Source of the DNA: Oligoflexia bacterium
GTDB lineage: Bacteria > Bdellovibrionota > UBA1018
Length of the DNA: 64,000 nt
Assembly (NCBI GenBank): GCA_963758495.1
Contig: CAVWVI010000003.1
Coordinates: 1,216,001 to 1,280,000 of the forward strand
Reading direction: 5' to 3'
A program made the translations under genes and the position numbers. Positions 32,501 to 41,600 of the stretch are shown here, piece after piece. Each line of letters begins with the position of its first letter. Position 1 is the stretch's first letter. The notes under the pieces are model-generated. The model was given only the letters and a program-made list of their open reading frames with translations, ran no database searches and was not told the origin of the DNA.

Positions 32501-33262
32501 ATGACAAACTCACTTTCTATTCGCACTGCACTCAAGGCCGGCCTATTACTTACTGTTTTATTTTTGGGATACTGCGGTGTCCATTTTCTTTACGTAAAAA
32601 GAACTATGGAAACCACTCGCGCGGCACTCAATCAGGGTTTTACTATGTTAGCTGTAGAAAGACTGGAGCCTGTGAAAAAGGATATCCCTAAGAAAGCAGG
32701 GGGATGTGAGTTATTGGTTGAAACTTATTTCGCAGCAAAAAGAGTGGATCTCCTTCAATGGGCTGCAGAAGCTTGCATGGATGCAGGAAAAGATAATCCG
32801 ACCATTTCTATCGCCTTGGCCACCAGCTATGAATTGCGAAATCAAGATGGCATTGCAGCACAAATTATGCAAGGCGCTATCAAAAAATTTGAGAAAAGTG
32901 CTGATGTTTATTTTCACTCCGCTCAAATTTTAAAACGGAATAAAAATGTAGAAGAAGCGTCAAAATTTCTATCCATGGCCATTGATCGCGCACCGCAGAA
33001 TCAAAATATGGTTTTAGATGCCTTGCAATATTATTTAGAAACAAAACAAAATGATTTAGCGCGAACGATGGCAACCCGATTAAAGGCGACTAAAATCGAC
33101 AATCCAGAAGTCAAGCTCGTGATTGCCCGAGGTCTTAAAAAAGGTGGAGATTCAGCGGGTGCAAAAGCGCAGGTTCAAGAAGCCCTCCAGATAGCGAGTT
33201 CTGATCCAAAGCTTAAAGCACAGCTAGAAGCAGCCTATAAGGATGTGATTTCCACGCAGTAA
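32501..33262 (+). CDS. Membrane-anchored TPR protein, copy 1
   Basis: N-terminal TM helix; helical repeats (ADVYFHSAQIL…EEASKFLSMAIDRAPQN). Confidence 0.75.
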   Translation: MTNSLSIRTALKAGLLLTVLFLGYCGVHFLYVKRTMETTRAALNQGFTMLAVERLEPVKKDIPKKAGGCELLVETYFAAKRVDLLQWAAEACMDAGKDNPTISIALATSYELRNQDGIAAQIMQGAIKKFEKSADVYFHSAQILKRNKNVEEASKFLSMAIDRAPQNQNMVLDALQYYLETKQNDLARTMATRLKATKIDNPEVKLVIARGLKKGGDSAGAKAQVQEALQIASSDPKLKAQLEAAYKDVISTQ

Positions 33263-33304
33263 TCAGCCACGAACGCCTTTTGAAGCGTGAAAAAAACGCA
33301 GCTC

Positions 33305-33340
33305 GGGCAGTCAGCAAAAATTTGTTGACTGCCCTTTTTT
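33305..33340 (+). terminator. Intrinsic terminator after TPR copy 1
   Basis: GGGCAGTCAGCAAA-AA-TTTGTTGACTGCCC followed by TTTTTT. Confidence 0.85.
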
Positions 33341-33386
33341 ATGCCTAAAACGAAAAATCCTACCACATGGCCTCTGATTAAAACCG

Positions 33387-33422
33387 CCACAGCGTTAACC
33401 ACAGCGTTAACCACAGCGTTAA
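33387..33422. repeat. Perfect tandem repeat (CCACAGCGTTAA)x3
   Basis: Read directly at 33387, 33399 and 33411. Confidence 0.9.
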
Positions 33423-33665
33423 TAAGATCCCCCATTCGTTCCGAAGCTATTTATTTTTTACCAATACTAATTCATTCATTTTAATTTAATTAATTATACA
33501 TACTTACACTTATTAAGTTTAACTAAGCCCGCGTCTTCTTAGACATATTGGAGGCTCAATCTGAACATGCTAGCCTAGTAACTGTATTAGACTGTATTAG
33601 ATAGAGTCTGCATATACACCTCTCCTATAAATGGGAGAAGTTACTGGAGACAAAGAGAATACAAA

Positions 33666-36600
33666 ATGAAGCAGTTTGTAATAAAAAATTTTTTAGCAGT
33701 TACCCACTTCCTTCCTCGCTTATTTAAAGGATGTAGAATTGCGCCAACTCTTGCCCTCCTTACATTTTTAAGCTACTCAAGCCCTTTCGCATTTGCAGGT
33801 ACTGCCACCCAGATTATTTTCAGCACCCAACCCGGAGGGGGGTCAGCCGGATCCCCATGGAACACGCAACCTGTACTCACTCTCATAGATGCTAATGGAA
33901 ATACGACGACTTCTGATTACACCACAAGAGTCACGCTTTCTCTCACTTCAGGAACAGGTGTACTCAGTGGGCAGGTGAGCAAAGCAGTTACACAAGGTGT
34001 AGCGACTTTCTCGGGCTTAAATCTCAATTTAGTAGGCACAAAAAGACTCACAGCGAGCACAGCAACATTGACAGCAACGAGTAATTCCTTTTCCATTGTT
34101 CCTGGAGCTGAATATCAGATTGGTTTCCTAGTTCAGCCAATCGGAGCATTAGCAGGATCCGTCTTGAGTTCTCAGCCCATAATTGCGATGCTGGATTACG
34201 ATGGTAATGTCGTGACTTCTGATTCCATCACCCAAGTCACGCTCTCTCTCAATACAGGTAACACGGGGACGCTGAATGGCACAGTTGTGCAAACGTTCTC
34301 ATCAGGCTTAGCCTCCTTCTCAGGGCTGAGTATTAACCTGCCTGGGCCGAAGACTTTTCTAGCGAAAACCTCCAATTCAAGCCTAGGCATAATTGCCTCT
34401 AATTCTGTTCAAATTACCGACGTTCCTACGCAGCTCGCTTTTATTACCCAGCCGCCAAGCAGTCAAAACGCAAGTACTACGTGGAGTACCGCTCCCGTGA
34501 TTGCAATCCAAGATGCCAATGGTAATACCATCACGACTAATTCCACGACACAAGTCACACTTTCTCTTGGCACGGGTACAGGCACCCTAGGTGGAACACT
34601 CGTACAAACCGCTTCTGCTGGACTGGTGACTTTCCCAGGATTAAGTATTAATCTCACGGGCTCAAAACAACTCTCCGCATCTTCTGGATCACTCACATCC
34701 GCCACGAGTAATTCCTTTTCGATCGTCCCCATTCCGATCAGCATAGCTAAATCAACGGTCAGTGCCAGTCCGAATTCAGTAAACGCAGATGGAATTCAGA
34801 CTTCTACAATTACAGTTAATTTATTAAGCGCAAACTCGATCCCCATTGTAGGTCATGCAGTCAGTCTTTCTTCAAGTCGCGGAGCACTGGATACCATCTC
34901 GGCTCCTTCTGGAGTCAGTGACAGCAATGGAAACGTCACTTTCACGGTAAGTTCCACCAAAGTCAGTTCAAGTCCCTCTACATTTACTGCAACAGATACG
35001 ACAGCTTTGGTTACGATTATACCCAGTGTAGGGACGGTAACTTTTGTCACTGCGCCCGCTGCAAAGCTTGCTTTTACAACACAACCGAGCGGAGGGACCG
35101 CAGGTACCGCTTGGATTACTCAGCCAGTAGTGACACTCCAAGATGCGAGTGGAAATACAGTTCTTTCTGACTCAAGCACCCAGATCACCCTTTCTCTGAG
35201 TTCTGGTACAGGCACTCTCAGTGGTACTGTCATTCAGACCGTCTCTTCTGGAGTGGCCATTTTCTCAGGCTTAAATATGAATCTCGTAGGCTCCAAACAA
35301 CTCTCCGCTTCCTCAGGATCTCTGACTTCAGCCACCAGTAATTCGTTTTCGATTACTGCTGGAGTAGGCACCCACTTAGCCTTCATTTCTCAGCCGAGTG
35401 GAGGAGTCGCTGGAACTGCTTTTACGACTCAGCCGGCAGTAGCAGTCCTAGATGCTTACGGAAATACAGCCACATCTTCGAGCGCCTACATTGTCCTCAC
35501 TCTCACGTCTGGCTCAGGCACTCTCAGCGGCCAGCCTAGCAAAACCGCGAGTTCGGGAGTTGCTACTTTCTCAGGTCTCAGTATGAATTTAGTGGGCACA
35601 GACCAGGTCACCGCGTCCTCAGGCACTCTCACTCCGGTGACCAGTAATTCCTTTTCGATTACTCCTGGCCCCCTGGCGCAAATCATTTTCAGCAGACAGC
35701 CGAGTGGGGCGCCCGCAGGGACTGCATTCGCGACACAACCTATAATAGCACTCCAGGATACTTTTGGAAATCTTCTCACTTCTAATTCAAGTTCGCAGGT
35801 CACACTCTCTCTTGCTACGGGATCGACAGGGACCCTAAGCGGAACCTTGACACAAACCGCTTCTGCTGGACTGGTCACTTTTACCAACCTATCTGCCAGC
35901 ATGACAGGCTCTCAGCGCCTGATGGCCAAGTTAGGTTCTCTCCTCATCCAAAGTAGCGCTATTTCAATTACACAAGCAACGGCGAATGCCGCTAACTCTA
36001 CTCTCAGTGCAAGTCCAAGTTCAGTGACCGCGGATGGCGTACATACTTCTACTATTACGGTGACTCTATATGACATATTTAATAACCTGGTTACGGGTGA
36101 TGCAGTCAGTCTTTCTTCGAGCCGTGGAGCACTGGATACCATCTCGGCTCCTTCTGGAGTCAGTGACTCAAATGGTCATGTGACTTTTACAGTAAAATCC
36201 ACGACCGCAAGCACAACCCCTGCAACCTTTACCGCAATAGATACTTCAGCTTCAGTTACGGTTCTGCCTTCGGTGGCATCGGTCACGTTTACGCCTGGAA
36301 CGGCTACACAACTTGTTTTCACGACGCAACCCGTCGGAGGGACCATGGGGTCCGCTTGGAGTACCCAACCGATTGTGGCCCTTGAAGATGCCAACGGGAA
36401 CAAGGTTATTTCTAATTCAATCTCTCAAGTCACCCTAGCTCTCAATTCGGGAACAGGCACTCTGAATGGAACTTTGGTAAAAACCGCCTCTTCTGGATAC
36501 GCCTCTTTTACAAACGTAAGTGCAAGTATGATCGGCACGAAGCAACTGGTGGCAACCTCGGGTTCATTAACGGCAGCGACCAGTAGTTCCTTTACGATTG

Positions 36601-37466
36601 CAGCTAACCTCGTGAGTGCTTTCAATTCTACCTTAGCTGCAAGTCCAACTTCAATAACGGCAGATGGAGTCCACACTTCTACCATTACAGTGACGTTAAA
36701 GAGCTCGAGCAATAATCCCATCGTTGGCGACACAGTGAGTCTTTCTTCGAGTCGAGAACCACTGGATACCATCTCGGCTCCTTCTGGAGTCAGTGACTCA
36801 AATGGTCATGTGACTTTTACAGTAAAATCCACGACCGCAAGCGATGGCGCTGTGACCTTTACCGCAACAGATACTTCGGCTTTGGTTACGATTCTACCCG
36901 CAGTCGCCTCGGTAACTTTCACTCCTGGCGCCGCTGCAAAGCTCGCTTTCACAACTCAACCTATACCTTCAAACTCGGGCGGAGCTTTAAGTACTCAGCC
37001 AGTAGTTACGATAGAAGATGCCAATGGAAATACCATTACATCTGATTCAAGTTCACAAATCACACTTTCTCTTGTTTCTAGTATAGGTACTCTCAGTGGA
37101 ACACTCATTGAGACCGCTTCTGGCGGCGTGGCTGTTTTCTCCGGCTTAAGCGTTGATCTGACAGGCCCCATACAGTTGACCGCCACTTCAGGCGCATTCA
37201 CGGTAAGCAGTTTAAATGATAATCCTGTTGGAATTCTGGGATCATCACCGTCTCCCTCCCCGACCCCAGATACAGTATCGGCTGGAAAACCCCTGCCCAA
37301 TTTTGCGATTGCGGCTAGCGGAGGATTCGCCCAAGGAACAGGGGTTATAGCCTTTGCTTCCGTCGGAACTGCCGTTCATTCTATCAATGCTGTTCAACCT
37401 ATTACCCAAAGCTCCGGAAGCATCCAAGCTGTTGCAGGACTCTCAACCATTCTCAAACTTCCTTAA
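33666..37466 (+). CDS. Large secreted Ig-repeat adhesin (Big_1/invasin-like and 'LAFTTQP' Ig repeats) with shared C-terminal domain
   Basis: Long signal peptide ending AFA; about eight ~100-aa LxFxTQP..QP.V...DANGN repeats and three ST.SASP..V.ADG..TSTITVTL repeats. Confidence 0.85.
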   Translation: MKQFVIKNFLAVTHFLPRLFKGCRIAPTLALLTFLSYSSPFAFAGTATQIIFSTQPGGGSAGSPWNTQPVLTLIDANGNTTTSDYTTRVTLSLTSGTGVLSGQVSKAVTQGVATFSGLNLNLVGTKRLTASTATLTATSNSFSIVPGAEYQIGFLVQPIGALAGSVLSSQPIIAMLDYDGNVVTSDSITQVTLSLNTGNTGTLNGTVVQTFSSGLASFSGLSINLPGPKTFLAKTSNSSLGIIASNSVQITDVPTQLAFITQPPSSQNASTTWSTAPVIAIQDANGNTITTNSTTQVTLSLGTGTGTLGGTLVQTASAGLVTFPGLSINLTGSKQLSASSGSLTSATSNSFSIVPIPISIAKSTVSASPNSVNADGIQTSTITVNLLSANSIPIVGHAVSLSSSRGALDTISAPSGVSDSNGNVTFTVSSTKVSSSPSTFTATDTTALVTIIPSVGTVTFVTAPAAKLAFTTQPSGGTAGTAWITQPVVTLQDASGNTVLSDSSTQITLSLSSGTGTLSGTVIQTVSSGVAIFSGLNMNLVGSKQLSASSGSLTSATSNSFSITAGVGTHLAFISQPSGGVAGTAFTTQPAVAVLDAYGNTATSSSAYIVLTLTSGSGTLSGQPSKTASSGVATFSGLSMNLVGTDQVTASSGTLTPVTSNSFSITPGPLAQIIFSRQPSGAPAGTAFATQPIIALQDTFGNLLTSNSSSQVTLSLATGSTGTLSGTLTQTASAGLVTFTNLSASMTGSQRLMAKLGSLLIQSSAISITQATANAANSTLSASPSSVTADGVHTSTITVTLYDIFNNLVTGDAVSLSSSRGALDTISAPSGVSDSNGHVTFTVKSTTASTTPATFTAIDTSASVTVLPSVASVTFTPGTATQLVFTTQPVGGTMGSAWSTQPIVALEDANGNKVISNSISQVTLALNSGTGTLNGTLVKTASSGYASFTNVSASMIGTKQLVATSGSLTAATSSSFTIAANLVSAFNSTLAASPTSITADGVHTSTITVTLKSSSNNPIVGDTVSLSSSREPLDTISAPSGVSDSNGHVTFTVKSTTASDGAVTFTATDTSALVTILPAVASVTFTPGAAAKLAFTTQPIPSNSGGALSTQPVVTIEDANGNTITSDSSSQITLSLVSSIGTLSGTLIETASGGVAVFSGLSVDLTGPIQLTATSGAFTVSSLNDNPVGILGSSPSPSPTPDTVSAGKPLPNFAIAASGGFAQGTGVIAFASVGTAVHSINAVQPITQSSGSIQAVAGLSTILKLP

Positions 37467-37527
37467 AATTAATTAAGTTTAAAAAAATATTTGAGATAGT
37501 TATTAAAACTAATATAATATATTAAAT

Positions 37528-38289
37528 ATGACAAACGCACTTTCCATACGCACTGCACTCAAGGCTGGCCTATTACTCACTGTTTTATTTTTGGGATACT
37601 GCGGTGTCCATTTTCTTTGTATAAAAAGAACTATGGAAACCACTCGCGCGGCACTCAATCAGGGTTTTACTATGTTAGCTGTAGAAAGACTGGAGCCTGT
37701 GAAAAAGGATATCCCTAAGAAAGCAGGGGGATGTGAGTTATTGGTTGAAACTTATTTCGCAGCAAAAAGAGTGGATCTCCTTCAATGGGCTGCAGAAGCT
37801 TGCATGGATGCAGGGAAAGATAATCCGACCATTTCTATCGCCTTGGCCACCAGCTATGAATTGCGAAATCAAGATGGCATTGCAGCACAAATTATGCAAG
37901 GCGCTATCAAAAAATTTGAGAAAAGTGCTGATGTTTATTTTCACTCCGCTCAAATTTTAAAACGGAATAAAAATGTAGAAGAAGCGTCAAAATTTCTATC
38001 CATGGCCATTGATCGCGCACCGCAGAATCAAAATATGGTTTTAGATGCCTTGCAATATTATTTAGAAACAAAACAAAATGATTTAGCGCGAACGATGGCA
38101 ACCCGATTAAAGGCGACTAAAATCGACAATCCGGAAGTCAAACTCGTGATTGCCCGAGGTCTTAAAAAAGGCGGAGATTCAGCGGGTGCAAAAGCGCAGG
38201 TTCAAGAAGCCCTCCAGATAGCGAGTTCTGATCCAAAGCTTAAAGCGCAACTCGAAGAAGCCTATAAGGATGTGGTTTCCACGAAGTAA
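37528..38289 (+). CDS. Membrane-anchored TPR protein, copy 2
   Basis: Differs from 32501-33262 at about 6 of 253 residues, by eye. Confidence 0.8.
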   Translation: MTNALSIRTALKAGLLLTVLFLGYCGVHFLCIKRTMETTRAALNQGFTMLAVERLEPVKKDIPKKAGGCELLVETYFAAKRVDLLQWAAEACMDAGKDNPTISIALATSYELRNQDGIAAQIMQGAIKKFEKSADVYFHSAQILKRNKNVEEASKFLSMAIDRAPQNQNMVLDALQYYLETKQNDLARTMATRLKATKIDNPEVKLVIARGLKKGGDSAGAKAQVQEALQIASSDPKLKAQLEEAYKDVVSTK

Positions 38290-38319
38290 TCTCCTCCAGT
38301 GCTGATGATTGAACTCTCG

Positions 38320-38357
38320 AAGACCTCCTGGAAAAACCCAGGGGGTCTTTTTGTTTT
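38320..38357 (+). terminator. Intrinsic terminator after TPR copy 2
   Basis: AAGACCTCCTGG-loop-CCAGGGGGTCTT followed by TTTGTTTT. Confidence 0.8.
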
Positions 38358-38621
38358 ATAAGCGTTCTACCATAGTACCATATAACCTGACAAAACTACT
38401 TCACTCAGAACTATGCACGCTTGTGTCAAACTGTAAACTTTATTTTTTCCTGAGTCCCTAGTAACTGCATTAGCTTGATTTTTATATTTTATATAAGTTA
38501 ATTATTTAATTTTTAATTCATAACTATTTAAATTAATTACTATAATTCAAATCCCCAATCCGTGTCCAACACTACACAACTATACGATTAGCGTCAAAAT
38601 GTTATTCTTTATTTAATATTT

Positions 38622-41600
38622 ATGAAGAACTTAACAATTCGCCAGAAAATATCCGATAGATCCACAATGAACTCAAAAATAGGGCTGTTCTTTGCCTTGT
38701 ATTTTGTATTTTTGTCAAATGCCTTCGCGTCAGCGGTCTCTGACAGTTTCTCCTATCAAGGTCAATTCTTGAATAGCGCAGGAACAGGACCGCTTTTAAG
38801 CGTGGTTGATTTGACATTGGGGATTTATGATCCGAGCGGGACCTGCTTACTCTACGAAGAAAAACAAACGGGTCTTGATCTTTCCGTTTCGGGAGGCGTT
38901 TTTTCTGTTCAAGTAGGATCAGCGGTCGGGGCTTCGCAACGCGATTCCAATGACCATGGTCTCAGCATGGATACAATCTTTGCGAATACTCCTGTCCCCA
39001 TCTTAGCAGCCGCTTCACCCAACTGTACGAACGGCTACACTCCGAGTGCTACTGATGTCAGAGAACTTCGAGTCACTGTCACTCCAGAGGATACTGGGGT
39101 GCCCTCAACTCTGAGCCCCGATCTCGTCATTGGGTCCACTCCTTATGCAAAAGTTGCAGAATCCATTCAAGGCATCTTACCTACCGGCATTATTCAAGTC
39201 ATAGGGAATGTCACTCAGGCTAATTTAACCACACTCACTGGAGGTTCCACTACTGATGCCAGTGCTTTGCATAACCATGACTCTCTCTATGTTAAATTGG
39301 GAACAAATAACCAAAGTTTCAATTTAGGTTCCAATACGACTTTAAGTATGGGCAACTCAAGTACTCTGGGTCTGGGTACAGGAAGCTTATTAGGACTCGG
39401 TACTTTCTCGACCACCCCTAGTGGATTAGGAATCTCAGACCAAGGCAAAACTTGGTACAATACTTCTACCAATGAAGTTGACTATTGGAATGGCACCACC
39501 TCTGTACCCATGGGCGGAACGGGAACGACTTCCGTTACTCTCGGAGGAGATGTCACAGGAGCTTCTGGCTCCAACACACTTTCTAGTGTAGGCACTCCAG
39601 GAACTTATACAAAAGTTACCACGGATTCTAAAGGACGAGTCATTAGTGGAACATCCCTAAGTTCAAGTGACGTGACTACCGCACTGAACTTTACTCCTCT
39701 CAGCAGCACAGGAGCGACGTCTTATTCATTACTGGGAGCCACTTCCGGTTCTCTCTCCCTGACTGTTCCTGCTACTGTCACTTCTTATTCTCTTAAATGG
39801 CCCAGTGCTGTCGCTTCCTCCTCAGGACAAGTCCTGAGTTCTGATGCCAGCGGAAATCTCAGTTGGACCTCTCCTACTAGCGGATCTGTCACCTCTGTCG
39901 CTCTTTCCGCTCCTTCATTTTTAAGCGTAACGGGTTCTCCTATCACTTCGAGCGGTACTTTATCGATGAGTCTTGCTACTCAAACTCAGAACTCAATTTT
40001 TGCCGCTCCGAATGGGAGCACAGGAACTCCTTCTTTCAGATCTTTAGTGGGAGCAGACTTACCTACTCCTTCATCCAGCTCTTTGGGTGGCGTTCAATCT
40101 CTCGCTCCTACAAGCAGCAAGTGGATTAATTCTATTTCGACTAGCGGTATTCCTACGGCTTCTCAACCTGCTTTCACCGACCTCACTGGCACTGCTACTG
40201 TAGCTCAAGGTGGAACGGGCACGACTTCTCTCACTTCAAACGGTATCCTCTTAGGAGGCGGAACGGGCGCTATCTCTGCTACTGCTACTGGAACTTCTGG
40301 ACAAGTCCTCACCAGCAATGGCACCAGTGCTCCTACCTTCCAAGCTCTTCCTTCTTCTGTAAGTAGCGTTGGAGCTTCTGCTCCTCTCGCTTCTTCCGGT
40401 GGAACCACTCCTACCATTTCTCTCACTGGAACGATTCCTGTCGCTAATGGCGGTACGGGTTCTGCCTCCGCTCTCACCCCAGGGGGCATTCTCTACGGTA
40501 ACTCTTCTACTGCTACCGGCACTACTGCTGCGGGTTCTTCTGGAAGCGTCTTGATCAGCAACGGGACTTCTGCTCCTTCTTGGACTGCTACTCCTTCTTT
40601 CTCTTCGATTTCTTCTTCGACTCAAAATTTAAATGGAGCCACTGCCGGGACTCTCTCCCTGACTGTTCCTGCTACCGTCACTTCTTACTCTCTTAAATGG
40701 CCAAGTGCTGTCGCTTCCTCCTCAGGACAAGTCCTGAGTTCTGATGCCAGTGGAAATCTCAGTTGGACCTCTCCTACTAGCGGATCTGTCACCTCTGTCG
40801 CTCTCTCCGCTCCTTCATTTTTAAGTGTAAGTGGCTCTCCTCTCACTTCGAGTGGTACTTTATCGATGAGTCTTGCTACTCAAACTCAGAACTCAATTTT
40901 TGCCGCTCCGAATGGGAGCACAGGAACTCCTTCTTTCAGATCTTTAGTGGGAGCAGACTTACCTCTTCCTTCATCGAGTACCTTGGGAGGTGTTGAAAGC
41001 ATAGCTTCAGTCCTAACAGCAATGGATCAATTCTATCTCCACGAGCGGTGTGCCTACGTTTATCTCAACCTGCTTTCACTGATCTCACGGGCACTGCTAC
41101 TGTAGCTCAAGGCGGTACAGGCACGACTTCTCTCACTTCAAACGGTATCCTCTTAGGAGGCGGAACGGGCGCTATCTCTGCTACTGCTACTGGAACTTCT
41201 GGACAAGTCCTCACCAGCAATGGCACCAGTGCTCCTACCTTCCAGGCTCTTCCTTCTTCTGTAAGTAGCGTTGGAGCTTCTGCTCCTCTCGCTTCTTCCG
41301 GTGGAACCACTCCTACCATTTCTCTCACTGGAACGATTCCTGTCGCTAATGGCGGTACGGGTTCTGGCACCGCTCTCACCCCAGGGGGCATTCTCTACGG
41401 TAACTCTTCTACTGCTACCGGTACTTCTGCTGCGGGTTCTTCTGGAAGCGTCTTAGTCAGCAACGGGGCTTCTGCTCCTTCTTGGACTGCTACTCCTTCT
41501 TTCACTTCGGTTTCTTCTTCGACTTCAATTTCTTCTTCGACTCAAAATTTAAATGGAGCCACTGCCGGGACTCTCTCCCTGACTGTTCCTGCTACCGTCA

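Noticed and set aside
33263..33340. Riboswitch before the terminator
   Set aside because: No aptamer consensus I can recognise; the hairpin is explained as the TPR gene terminator.
33380..33520. Replication origin (TTAACCACA resembles a DnaA box next to an AT-rich tract)
   Set aside because: The sites mismatch the TTWTNCACA consensus, arise from one tandem repeat and have no oriC-type gene context.
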